The notes: generated by a model not told the origin, from the letters alone. A DNA stretch of 64,000 nucleotides from Octopus sinensis (GCF_006345805.1 NC_042998.1:148304001-148368000), one strand, 5' to 3'; shown: positions 34,853 to 47,689, counted from the first letter of the stretch. Program-made: numbers and translations.

Positions 34853-37613
34853 GACTACACGGACCACAAATTCGTGATCTGTACGGTCGACTTAGATAGG
34901 ATACGTAGACAGGGACCCGGCTACTGGAAGCTGAACGCGTCGTTAACGGCGTGCAAAGGTTACAGAGACCGGATTAGTTTACTAGTTAATCGGGCGCTCA
35001 CGGGGGCAATCATCAACAACAACTGGTGGTTTGCCCTCAAGAGAGCAATTAGAGTAGAGTCGATTAGGTTTAGTAAGGCTCTAGCTATTGAACGTAGGAA
35101 GAGAGAGCGGGATTTAGTTAAGAAACTAGACGAGGCTCTTGAGACTGGCTTCGCGACCGACGTGTTGGCGGCAAGGTTGGCCCTCGACCAACACTCTGAC
35201 GCCAAACACGAAGGCTGCGTTGTCAGAGCTAAGGCACGTTCGCTAAGCGGGGAGGGGCCTAGAGCCGCTCGATGGGCCCGCGTGGCGGAGGCGAAGCGAG
35301 GCAACAAAGCAACCATTCGGTCTTTGGTGGACCAGAACGGGCGCGAGGTTACCGAACCGAAGCAGATGTGTGAGGTGTTTCAGCGGCACTTTGCTCAACT
35401 GTAGGGATGACGAGCGGTGGAACGGACACCAATGGTGCAGACTTCAGTGTGTACCTGGACGGCCTACCGCGGTTCTCGAACAGCGAGGCAGAGTGCTGCG
35501 AAGGACCGATATCTGCCTGGGAAGTGGAGGAAGCGATGAAGAGTTGCACGAGAGAGGTAGATCGCCGGGTTTGGATGGTCTGCCCTACGAGCTTTACACT
35601 TCAATGCCAAACTTGTTTGCGGGCCTGTTGGCAAACGTCTCCTGCAACTGGCAGCAAAGCGGGAGAATTCCTGCTTTTGTCTGTCGAGGGGTGGTGGCTT
35701 TGCTAAAGAAGGACCCAAACAAGGGGGACGTTATAGGGAATTTTCGGCCCATCACTCTGCTCAATACAGAGTTGAAGATTTTGGCCAAGGTGTTAGCCAA
35801 GAGATTGGCACTTGTCGTGGACAAGCTGGTTGACAAGACGCAGACATGCGCTGCGCCGACCAGGTCGATACACGACAACCTCCATCTCATGCGCTACATC
35901 ATAGAGAGGGTGGGTAACGACGCTGGCGCAGGTGGGGCTTTGATCAATTTAGATCAGAGTAAAGCCTTCGATAGGTTCGACCATCGGTACCTGGCAGCTG
36001 TTCTCAAGCCAGCCGGCTTCGGTTCAGTCTTCCGCGGGTGGATCGCTGCTTTATACGGCAACATCTACTCGGTGATACTGGTGAACGGTCACCTTTCGGA
36101 ACCGTTTGACATCTCGCGTTCGGTCCGCCAAGGATGCCCTCTCTCCTCCCTCTTGTACATATTGACTCTCGAGCCATTACTGTGCAAGTTGCAGGCTTTG
36201 AGGGGTATCCCGCGCGATCTAGGAGGCGGAGACAGCGTGTCTGCCTATGCCGACGACGTCACCGTGATGGTGTCGATCCACAGGCACATTGGCCTGATTG
36301 GCGAGACACTAAACGAGTACGAAGCGGTGACAGGGGCAAAGACTAACGCGGAAAAGTATGTGGGCTTGCAACTGGGCGCCTGGAGAGGCAAGCCCATGCC
36401 GTCCAACAGCGTCGTAGAGCGCTGGACAGACGGACCCGTTAAACTGCTCGGGGTCTGGTTCGGTCCGGACCTCCAGGTGGATAAAAACTGGGAAGAGGTG
36501 ACGAGCAGGGTGGCACGTCTCACCCAGAAATGGGCCGAGAGGAAGCTGTCCCTGAAAGGTCGAGCGGAGGTGGCGAATGCGTACATTGCATCCGTCATCT
36601 ATTACCGCTTGACCGTCGTCCCTTGTCCCGACCGCTGGTTGGCCAAGCTGGTACGCCTGCTCTTCGACTTTTTGTGGAAGGGTCCGGTGCCACTGGTCAG
36701 GCGATCCATCTGCTTTCAACGACCGCTGAAGGGAGGCCTTGGCATGCCGTGGTTACTGATGCGCAGACATGCGCTCAGGCTGCGACATCTCAAGCGTTTC
36801 CTAGACGGTGAACAGGTGTGGTCGTCTTTTGTCAGACGCGACTTTCCGCAGCTCGTCTCTTTGACAGAGCTGCAGACCTGGATCAAACGTAGACCGAGAA
36901 ATGACGCTTGGCACCTCGAGTGCCGTCAAGCTCTCTCCGCCCTCCGCCAGGCGGGCAATGCGATCGGTTTCAGCTCCAATCTAGCGTTCTATAGAGGGTT
37001 AGTGGAGGAAAAATGCGACGACGTTCTCGGGGAAACTCTAGGCGTTGACGATAACGAACTAAGCGGTCTGTTCGGAAGGACTTTCGGGCCGGGGCCAATG
37101 GATAATTTCCAGAGGTCGCTCGCCTGGCAGTGCTACCGAGGGGCTCTGCCTGTTCGGGATAAATTCTACTGGCACGGAAGTGCCGTCAGCCGGGCCTGCC
37201 CGAGGTGTTGCCAGGACGACGAAACCGTTCTGCACGCACTCGTCCAGTGCCCGAGTATTGCTGAACTATGGGTTTATGTCGAACAGCTACTGTCACGTGT
37301 AGGACGGATCCGGCTATCAGCCGAATCCATAGTGAAGATTGCCCCGCCGATCTCCTTTAACAAGGAGGGCGAGGCCGTTTTCCTGTGCCTAGTGGCTGTA
37401 GCGAAAGAGGTTGTATGGTGGACCCGTTTAAAAGGGCTAAAGTCAGACACTTTCCTCTTTGGCCAAGGCCTCATCAACTTTTTCAAGTTTCACTTGAAAA
37501 GGAAGATGAGGTTAGAGAGGAGAGTGCTGTCCGATAACAAGTTTTCTGAAAGGTGGGTGAATTGTGCAAGAATGACCAGTATAAATGGACCAATTCTGAG
37601 GTTTCGCCTATGA
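34853..37613 (+). pseudogene. Tx1 ORF2 (RT plus C-terminal Zn finger), frameshifts at ~35400 and ~35555, open from ~35556 to the stop
   Basis: DYTDHKFV (end of APE), GPGYWKLN, SPGLDGLPYE, FRPITLLNTELKILAK, DQSKAFDR, QGCPLS, YADD, CPRCCQDDETVLHALVQCP. Confidence 0.93.
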
Positions 37614-37882
37614 ATGAAAATGGTTTCATAAAAGGAGAAAGGGGCTCTCTACCCGCCTTTTGACCAGGCCCCCGTTGGCTTTTATGGGTTTTTTCCACCA
37701 GAAGCCTTTCGAAGCGCCTCCCCCTATTGGGAGATTTTCCTTGTTATAATCTTTCGTTGTTAAACTGTTTTTACTCGGATTTTTCACAAACGGACAAAAC
37801 CCTTTGTAACCTTTCGTCCTGTTTTGTCCCTTTATGTTTACTAATCATGTGTGTCAGCCCTTGTGGCCAATAAAAAGAATTA

Positions 37883-37944
<62 letters not shown>

Positions 37945-37960
37945 CATTATTATCATTATT

Positions 37961-38474
37961 GAGTGAGAGAGCAGTATATGCAATCAAAATGACACTGGGG
38001 TAACATATACGAAGCCCAGTATACCCATCATGACAACCTGTCTGATAAGGGTACACCATGCCTAAAACAATATGTGCATGACATGGTGACCTCATATCAA
38101 GATAAACAGCGCATGACCTTGCAAGTGGGACTCAGTTAGAATCTTCTCCTGGTCGAGCAGCCCACCCTGCTCAAAAGCTCCTTGAATAAGGTTTGTTTAA
38201 GGATGCTTCCAAAAGTGAATTATCCAAACCTCTAAGAATTCTTTTCAACACACGGCTATGATACCCCCCACTACTTCTGCTCATGATCAGAGATGCACAT
38301 ATCGTCAGCCATTAGGGGACATGGTCAACTGGTTAAGGTCAAACAACTGACAAGCCAGAATATTTGCTGTAGCCCATCTTTTATACTAAGACAAAACAAT
38401 GTACATGATAACACTTCCAATTAGTTAAGATCAGAAGCCACGAGAACCACTGTTTGGTACTGCATCAAGGCATT
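37961..38474 (-). mobile_element. Repeat D: ~510-bp non-coding element embedded in (TAA)n
   Basis: Unique-complexity segment with (ATT)n on both sides and a partial second copy at 21265-21400. Strand is assigned from the (TAA)n tail and is tentative. Confidence 0.65.
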
Positions 38475-38491
38475 TATTGTTGTTGTTGTTG

Positions 38492-38552
<61 letters not shown>

Positions 38553-38583
38553 CATCATCATAATAATAATTATTATTATTATA

Positions 38584-38615
<32 letters not shown>

Positions 38616-38646
38616 CATCATCATAATAATAATTATTATTATTATA

Positions 38647-38678
<32 letters not shown>

Positions 38679-38682
38679 CATT

Positions 38683-38726
<44 letters not shown>

Positions 38727-38750
38727 TATTATTATTATTATTATTATTAA
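38475..38750. repeat. (TTG)/(ATT)/(ATC) compound microsatellite with an internal 51-bp duplication
   Basis: Direct reading. catcatcataataataattattattataattatt occurs twice. Confidence 0.9.
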
Positions 38751-38972
38751 TAGAAATATTAAAATAACTAAGTCAAGTAGTGTGGAGCGACTGACCTCCC
38801 TTGTTCGAAGGTTATATGGATACAGTTTGTGTATCAAATAGCTAACTTAAGGCGATGGCCTCATGGAGCTAATAAGCGGACAGCTTTTTTCTTATTTTTA
38901 TAAGAATGCCATATTAGTATGGCGATAACTATTATTATTATTATTATTATTATTATATTTTATATTTTGCGT

Positions 38973-39332
38973 CTTGTTTCGATCATTTGATTGTGGCGAT
39001 TCTGGGGCACCGCTTTGAAAGGTTTCAGTCGAACTAATCGACTTTAGTACTTATTTTCAAGTCTGATACTTATTCTACCGAGCGCTTTTGCTAATCAGCA
39101 AAGTTACTTGATGGGGGACAAACACAAACGCATACGCGCGCGCACATACACACATGTGTACAACAGGATTATTTTAGTTGCCGTCTACCAAATCCACCAA
39201 ATCCACTCACGATGCTTTGGTCGGTCCAGGTTTATAGTAGAAAACACTTGCCCTAGTTGATGCCCAGTGGGACTGAACGCAAGAGAACGTGGTTGGGAAG
39301 CGAGTTTCTTAACCGCATAGCTGTACAGGTGC
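38973..39332 (-). mobile_element. Older, diverged SINE family B
   Basis: Same tail-microsatellite-head order as 16795-17213. Confidence 0.7.
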
Positions 39333-39353
39333 ATATATATATATATATGTATG

Positions 39354-39391
<38 letters not shown>

Positions 39392-39569
39392 CATATATTA
39401 TTTTGCTGTGTGTGTGTGTGTGTGTGGTGTGTGTGTGTGTGGTGTGTGTGTATGGTGTGTGTATATGTATATATTATTTATATATATATATGTATATATA
39501 TATATGTGAGTGTATATATATATATAGCAATATGTATATATATATATGTATGTATATATATATATTTGA

Positions 39570-41290
39570 CTGATGACTGAGGGTCGAATGTCCCTCCTGT
39601 GGTTCTTGTGTCTCGTCTCTGTGTGGTTTCATGTTCTTGTCCATGTCTGTAATTATTTTACTGTTTACCTAATAATCGGCGGCTACGTATCCACAATTGA
39701 CCTTATACGATAAGTATATTTTTCTCTAGCATTGATACGACTCTTAATCTGTCTCTTTTTCTCTCTCTCTCTCCTCCCTTATTCCCCTTCCTTTCTTTCC
39801 CTCTCCATCCGTCTCCCCCCCCCTTCTACGTTTCTCTATCTCTCTCACCTCCAGCCCCCTCAATCTGTCTCTTTCTTCTCCTCCTCGTCCACCTTCTCTC
39901 TCTTTTCATCTGTCCCTTTCTCCTGTCTTCTGTTCGCAACGTGACAGCTAGCCGCTGTTGAGCGCTCTTTTCGTTTTCAGCAGCCGCAGAAGCAACACGT
40001 ATTTGTTCGTCCCCCGTGGCCATTAGGCACAACTTCACAAGCCAGCCCCATACTCAACTCGTCCTGTCGAAAGACCCTTGTCCTACGTCCTGGTTTTGTT
40101 TTGTTGTTTATTTTTTATTTTTATTTTTACCGTTATTGTTTTTACGTTTTTGTATTCTTATTGTTGTCACGTATTCTGTATTTTTGTTTATGTACTTCGT
40201 TCGTTTTCCGTCCTCGCGTTGTATACATTCGAAGCTTTCTTCCAGGGGATCTAATGCGCTTGGCTTAGATTTCCCTTGGCGGGCTGGCCATATCGGAGCA
40301 ATCTCAAGATTAATCAGCCGAAATTACTACGATGATCCGGTTCTTGACTGAAGACTGAGGGGTTCGAATGTCCTGTCCATGTTTATTGTATCGTCTTCTA
40401 AGAGTTATACGTTCTTGTCCATGTTGTATTTTTCTACATACCTTAACATATATTCCAGGCGCCCCGTACCCCCCTTATCATTAATGTGAACACATATTCT
40501 TAATAATTGGTACGACTCTCTGTTTGTCTCTCTCTCTCTCTCATTTTTACTTGATCTGTCCCCCTCTCTCTTCTCTTCTCTCTATTCATCTTCTCTTTCC
40601 TCTGATCCTTTGGTCTAGTCTTCCACTACCCTCCTATTTCTTTGTCTCGCTCTGCACTCACAGGTCATTCTTCGACACCCATCCCTTCTCCTCTCTGATT
40701 CCTTCTTTCTCTCCTTCTCTCTCTTGTTGCGTTTTGTTCCCCTTTCTCTCTCTCTCTTCTTTGCTTCTCTTTCTTTTCTTTTCCCTCTTCTCTGTCACGT
40801 GACTGTTGGCCGAAATCTGCCTTTCAGCTCCTGACCCTCGTCGTGTTAACATCGTTGTTTTTCGTCCGCCGCTCATAAAAGGCTTTTGCCAATGCGCCAG
40901 AGAAAAAATTTGTTTGCTTGTTTTATCAGTCGTAAGACACTTGTTGTTTTCACCGTTAATGCTTCTGTATTTCATGTTTCTGTATTCCATATTATTTTTT
41001 TTTTTTTTTTTTTTTATATCTGTCCCTTTTGCTGTCCTGGTGTTCGTATGCATTCGATCCTTCTTCCAGGAAATCTACGCTTCCAGCTTAGTTTTTCTAA
41101 TGCTCGTTGCTTAGTTTTTCTTGGAGGGCTGGCCGTGATCTAGTAATCTCAAGATTAATCAGCCGAAATTGCTAAGATGATCTGGTTCTTGACTGATGAC
41201 TGAGGGCTTCGAATGTCCCGTCCTGTGGTTCTTGTGTCGTCTCTGTGGTGTTTCATGTTCTTGTCCACGTCTGTAATTATTTTTACTGTT
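39570..41290 (+). repeat. Three degenerate tandem ~800-bp pLTR-like modules
   Basis: gactga(t/a)gactgaggg..tcgaatgtcc at ~39570, ~40348 and ~41190. tctcaagattaatcagccgaaatt at ~40300 and ~41145. Confidence 0.75.
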
Positions 41291-41411
41291 TACCTATATA
41301 TATATATATATAGTTAATCCAAACAAGAAAACACAAAAAAAACACAGCAACGCGAGGACGTAGAACAAATAAAGTATTATTGGACGCTCAGGAAAGAAGG
41401 GAAGAAGGAGG

Positions 41412-41446
41412 GTTTAACGTTTCGAGCGGAGCTCTTCGTCGGAAAC
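41412..41446 (-). ncRNA. Minimal type I hammerhead ribozyme (U4C variant)
   Basis: Minus strand: guuu-CCGACGA-a-gagc/ucc/gcuc-GAAA-CG-UU-aaac. Confidence 0.75.
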
Positions 41447-42473
41447 AAAGGAGAAGGAAAGATCCCGAGAAGGGAAGACAGAGGAAAAAATTGCTGGCGG
41501 TGCTCAATTTTAAATGGACTGGACGTAAACATCGAATTCACGATGGAATATAGCCAGCAACAACTCCCCTTCCTCGACATCCTCATTAAGAAATCTAATA
41601 ATGTAATAGAAACATATATATACTATAACCCTATATTCCAAGCAATATCTACCATTCAATTCATGCCACTCCAGACACACCAGAATGAATATCCCCTTCA
41701 ATCTAGCAAAAAGGATTTGTACTATAGTTTCTAATGCATACACCAGAGACACACGACAACATGAACTAGAAGATACCCTCATCACCAGGAACTACCCACC
41801 TTCACTAATTGACATATGAATTCAACGTGCCCTTCAACTCAACATCCAGGAACTCAGAAATCCCAAATTAAAGAAGAAATTACGACCAAAAGTCTTACCA
41901 TACATCTCCATACACAACCCTCTTAACAATGAAGCCTTCAACACCATCCTCCAAAACATACCCCTGCTAAAAAAGGACCACAGAATGAACTTAATCCTCC
42001 AAACACACACGATCATGAAAAGCAAGAGACAGCCCAAATCTATGAAAATTATCCTGACACAAGCCCGAATACGCTCATCAACACAGAAGCCGACAGTAAA
42101 AAAATGTGGAAGACCCAATTGTAGGATATGCGATTATCTCATTGAGGAATCAGAGTTCTCTTTCAAACAGGGACAACGTTTCACAGTGAAAAGCAACTTC
42201 ACATGTGCTTCGGAGAATCTGATATACACGCTAACCTGCTCTGGGTGTCAAGAGCAATACATAGGCCAAACAAAAATTAGTTTACGTAAAAGAATGGCCC
42301 TGCACAGATCCCAGATAAAAATTCCCCAAAACAGAAAAATAGCATTCAGCCAACACATAGATATTTACGCCAACCACAAAACTTCAGGCTTCAGGATTTT
42401 TCCCCTCTACCAATTCAGGGACGATACAACCTGGAGCCAACGAATTAGTAAAGAAACTCTCTTTATTACAAAA

Positions 42474-43599
42474 CTAGCAGCATAGCCCGGCGTTGCCCGG
42501 GTATGTAAGAGCCCCTGGTAGGCAACGACTAATCCCAATCTAGTCCTTTCCCTCTAGGGAACGAAGGCGCATGTGTAGGTTGCAATGTCTTCTCTTCACT
42601 CGAATCCTTCTGTGTATACGATGTTCCTAGCTGTCCCTTTGGGCGAAAACATGAAAACATCATTGCGCCTCCCAACGCGTGAACAGCCCACGTAGAGTTG
42701 ACCGTGGGCGAAGCACTGTTCGCCGAAATGTAACGCAGCGACTTATAGCGTTTGGCCCTGGGATTTATTAATGGACATTGTGAAGCAGAGTTTAACAGGA
42801 AACTGAGAATGCCTGAAGTGGATTGGTAGGTCAGCGCCCGACAGTTGAAGGTGCATGCGTGGAATGAAGACGTCCTCTCCCTTCCCACAACCGGTAAGTA
42901 TTGTGGCCGTTATTAAATGTGGTGCCAAATGTTTCATAACCAGACGTGTTTCGTTGCACTGTTTAGGTGGAACCAGAGAGTTAAAAAGGTCGAGTTGCGT
43001 CCCCTAGACAGTCTGTGGTTTGTGTTTAATACACAAATCGGTTTGCTATGTGTGCCACATATGATGATTTAATTAACCGATTTTTTCCAGTAATAAAGTA
43101 TCCTATTGGAATAAAAAGGGCCATATAGCTCCTTGGAGCAGACATGATGCGCGCTGTGAATTTAAAAAGAAATTCCTGCCAATTTGTGAAAGATATTGTC
43201 GAAAATATGTCATCTTGAATTTGAACGCGATTTCCCAAAATGGCATGATTTTATCGATTTTTTCTGATGGTAAGGTATTGCATGGAAAACTAACGTCAGA
43301 ATTAAGTTTCTTAGGGTAATATTAAGCTTCACCATGAGTTTGGTGAAAATCGATTGCAAGTTGCGAAAACTACAACAGAAAATGTGTTGCATATAAAAAG
43401 CTTAGATTCTCGACCCCATGTCGAATTTATCAATTTTTTTCAGAACTGGGGGAACTTTTCAAAAGTTTCGCTGCGTTAGTTTTGAATTATGACATTGGTC
43501 TATATGTGTGTCAAGTTTCATCAGAATCGGTTGAAAGCCGTGGTCAGGGTAAGGGTACAACCTGACAGACAGACAAACTGCCGTTTATATATAGAGAGA
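42474..43599 (-). mobile_element. Non-autonomous Helitron with both termini and a helicase remnant
   Basis: Minus strand starts TCTCTCTATATATAAA and ends cccgggcaacgccggg-ctatgctg-CTAG. Inserted between A and T with no TSD. Confidence 0.93.
42640..43010 (-). pseudogene. Helitron RepHel PIF1-like helicase C-terminal fragment
   Basis: CNETRLVMKHL...ATILTGCGKGEDVFIPR...FPVKLCFTMSINKSQGQTL...CFAHGQLYVGCSRVG. Confidence 0.92.
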
Positions 43600-43774
43600 T
43601 ACAGGCCCCTTCTGAACGCGTCTACGACAAACGATATATCCACCTCGGCCTTAGAATAACACAAATACACACGCAAATATTACATTCCTAAGAATCCATT
43701 AAAAATCAGGCCCAATCACTGCTATAATCCATAACGTGCCAACTTTAAGTCATCCAACACCTCACTACTTTCAC

Positions 43775-43988
43775 TCATCATCATCATCATCATCATTATC
43801 TTCTTCTTCTTCTTCTTCTTCTTCTTCTTCTTCTTCTTCTTCTTCTTCTTCTTCTCTTCTTCTTCTTCTTCTTCTTCTTCTTCTTTTTCTTCTTCTTCTT
43901 TTTCTTCTTCTTTTTCTTCTTCTTCTTCTTCTTCTTCTTCTTCTTCTTCTTTTTCTTCTTCTTTTTCTTCTTCTTCTTCTTCTTCTTC
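43775..43988. repeat. (TCA)n then long (TTC)n tract
   Basis: Direct reading. Confidence 0.95.
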
Positions 43989-44165
43989 CCTACCAAGAAT
44001 TCACAACGACCTCGAACCCACAAGAGTAAACAAGAGAGAAAGAGAAAGGCAGAAACAAGGAAAATACCACTTATATTTGAACACTATAAAATATTCTTTT
44101 AAAAAATTTTCTTTTAATTTTTCTAAATTTAATATTTAATTGTTACAGTTGAAAAGGTCTCAATC

Positions 44166-44221
<56 letters not shown>

Positions 44222-44241
44222 TATATATACTCTTTATGTTT

Positions 44242-44597
44242 TACTCTTTTACTTGTTTCAGTCATTTGACTGCGGCCATGCTGGAGTACCGCCTTTAATC
44301 GAGCAACTCGACCCTGGGACTTATTCTTTGTAAGCCCAGTACTTATTCTATCGCTGTCTTTTGCCGAACCGCTAAGTGACGGGGACATAAACACACCAGC
44401 ATCGGTTGTCAAGCAATGCTAGGGTGACAAGCACAGACACACAAACATACACGCACACACACACATATATATATATACATATATACGACGGGCTTCTTTC
44501 AGTTTCCGTCTACCAAATCCATTAAAAGGCTTTGGTCGGCCCAAGGTGCCACGCAGTGGGAATGAACCCGGAACTTACCACACAGCCACTCCTGCGC
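44242..44597 (-). mobile_element. SINE family B with internal deletions in the head
   Basis: Tail tactcttttacttgtttcagtcatttgactgcgg, internal (CA)(TA), head ending cacagccactcctgcgc. Confidence 0.88.
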
Positions 44598-44598
44598 G

Positions 44599-44645
<47 letters not shown>

Positions 44646-46584
44646 ATATATATATATTATATATATATATATTATACATTATCTTACTGGCTTGGCGATG
44701 AGGTCAACTAGAAGTCATGCTTTAAATGAACATCCTAGCCAGGGGCGAAACTCTGAGTAGACTGTCAACTCTTGATTTTATAAACATACATGCATACGCA
44801 CATACGCGCGCACACACACATATATACACACACGCGCGCGCATATACACTTTTGGAGACAAAGATATGATTTATCTAATTTTAATCCCCTCGAGTTTACT
44901 AATGAGTTTCCCTCTATTGATTAGGTTGTAAAATAATAAATGTTTAATGTCTATGATATATCGACATTTCTAAGATGTCTATCCGACCTTATCGTCACAA
45001 CGCTACGGGTTTCAATGTCCACCATTTGGGTTCCAAATCTTCAGTCAGAAAATGCTGAATAACACAATCAGTAGTGGACTAGAGAAAATGCCTTGAGGTA
45101 TTCAATTACCTCTATTTATGTTCTGAGTTCAAATCTCAACCTTGTCTCTCTTTGCCTGAAAGTCGATAAAGTAATTCCACATCAAGTCTTGAGGTCCGTT
45201 TAATCGGTTCGTGCCGCCCTTCTCAAAACTAGTAGCAATTTAGGAATCAATATTTTAAATCCTAACATCAGCGATGTCTTTGTTGTTCTTGTTTAACCCC
45301 AAGTCTACCATGATCATACAGAACCATAATTTACTGGGTTCCAGCCACGACTACCTCAGGTTATTTTCCGTCATAATATATTTAGGACTAAATCATTCAG
45401 TGTGTCCATACACGTTTGAAGACAGTACTGTGTGTTATCAGGAGACTTTACTGCTATTTCTGAGAGCTGAGCCTCTTTACAATCTCACTAGTGATTAAAT
45501 TACTTTGCCATCCTCTCATGGGGCCTAGAACACTTTCCTTTAAAATAGTGGAAGTGGTTTATTTGATCTTATTTATCTGCTAAAAAATATTGAGGCAGAA
45601 GAAATTATTCTGTGAGGGCCGTAAAAATTAGAATTAGATGAATTCGAATAAACGAAGTAGTGAGGGAAACACTATGTGACCCCCAAACCTAGTAGGAATT
45701 TATTGAGTTATCTTATTGTCTTAAAGAAGGGCACATCAGGTAATGTAGTACTATTGATACATACCCTCCTAAAAGAAGAGTTGGTCACGGCTGGAATGCT
45801 TCTTGGAATGCTTTCTTGATCGGGGTTGACCATAGGACAAGCAAAGACATCATCTACAACAACAATGACAGTATGAACAATCACGACCTCAACGAAGACG
45901 ACAATGGTGACGATGGCGACGACGCCGACAACGATGCCGTCGGTGGTGATGACTCCAACACCGACGATGCCAGCGATAAAGACGTATCATATACTAATCT
46001 CGGACCACATTCCAAACATACTTTAATCAGGAGAGAAAAAATAACTACATATCAATCAATGTTAGCAGATGAAAGCGAATTGACATTTTCCTCTCTTTCT
46101 ATATATGGCATCAGTTTCTGACGACAGTTTATACTGTTAACTAGTCCAGCCATTAATAGTTGAAAGATATTTTGATACCCTATAAGTGTTTCTGTTGCGC
46201 TATTTTTTTTATGTAAACGACATCGCATTTCACATTTCGTTTTTCGTGTAAATGATATCCGTTTTCTGTCTTTTTTTAAAAAAAAAGATAACCTGTAGCT
46301 CTCCTAGCCTATGACCTAGTAAAGTTCAACAATTTTATAAAACACGTTAGAAATTTAAATACATCCCCCCACCACCAACAAAAAATTAATCGATAAAAAT
46401 ATATTTTGCTTCAATAGTCTCAGAAATAGTAGTCGACATTTAAGTAAATTTGTAATGAACAAAATAAAGAAACTGGACAAATCCAAAATATTTTGATAGT
46501 AGGATGTATTGATAATGAATTGATGACAGTGGTACACAAAATAAACAAACATATAGATAAATAAAATAGATAAATATTGGTAAA

Positions 46585-46965
46585 ACTGTCTTAACTTGCT
46601 TGGTAGAATTCAGAAGCTAGCTGTTGATATGGTGACCCCTCTTCTTCCTATAAGATTGGCGTATTTGGCTCATCGTCGAAATGTATCTTCGTTGTGCCCT
46701 TTTTTAATAAGCATTTCTATAGTCATTGTTTTGATGAACTTTCTATTCTGGAACCATATGCTAAGAGCTTTAAACTTGTCACGCGCTTCTCTTCCCAGGC
46801 GAATCATTTCTCTGTTGAGCTTCCTGTTAGTCATAAGTTTTTTTTTTATGCTAATAACTTCTTTCCTCGAACTACTGATCCTTGGAACTCATTACCATAA
46901 TCTCATTTTCCTCCGGTCTATGATATTCCGTCCTTTAAGCTTTTTGTCAATCGGCAACTCTTGAA
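46585..46965 (+). mobile_element. 3' fragment of a CR1/Jockey-group LINE related to 24475-25575
   Basis: LGRIQK...LAHRRNVSSLC.FF.KHF.SHC.DEL...NNFFPRT...WNSLP. Confidence 0.8.
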
Positions 46966-47689
46966 TTTGTATACCCCTTCGTTCCCTTCTTTGTATTTTC
47001 TTGCGCTACAGTAGCCTCAAGCTTTGTTAGGGAAATATTGTATAAAAATATATGGAGTGTGTCAAAAGTCACGAAATCTTGAAGACAAAATGAAACGGAG
47101 CCTCTCTCATGGCCCGTGTTTGCATATCTACAATCTTTGTGAAAAGTGACCCCTCTCTGTACAAATGCTGGATGAAATATATATCCATCTTTCATCCCAG
47201 GCCTAACTTAGAGCTTTAATTTTCTAAATTACAACTTAAATATTTGTACACCAATTTCTTTAAGATCAGAGAGTGGTCCTCGAAAGACAATGCATAAGTC
47301 TTGTTTCATGGCGTAAAATTGCCGAGAGAGGAATTTCCTCTTCAACAGGTGACCAGTATATTTTATCTAATAATCTCGATTGATCTGGTATTACATACAT
47401 ACAGAGCAACGTACATTCACATACATACATGCAAAAATACATACATACTTACATACATACGTATATACATACATATATGCATAGTTGAAAAATATCGTTA
47501 TAGGTATAAAAATACCATAAACAATTATAGAAAAATGGAGGAGAAAAGATGTTAAATCAAAATTAAATTTAATACAAAGTAGGATTCAATACATACGCGC
47601 GTTTCAAAGGACAATACAAATATGTAAGAAACAACTATAACCATAGTAATTATAATTAAATTTATGCATTGTCATTTTGATCAGTGTGA

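Larger units (their letters stand above)
33737..37879 (+). mobile_element. Tx1/L1-clade LINE, near full length but lacking the APE endonuclease
   Basis: ORF1 with zinc knuckle, ORF2 RT and C-terminal finger, 3'UTR ending aataaaaagaa. (ATT)n on both flanks. Confidence 0.93.
41509..43659 (+). mobile_element. 5'-truncated Penelope-like element (Neptune-like), split by a Helitron
   Basis: EFTMEYSQQQLPFLDILI, CGRPNCRIC, FTCASENLIYTLTCSGCQEQYIGQT...RMALHRSQI, and FITK|YRPLLN across the Helitron. Confidence 0.9.

Noticed and set aside
44690-44770. gcgatgagg...gcgaaactctgagta
   Set aside because: Helix III looks hammerhead-like but the core and helices I/II do not fit.
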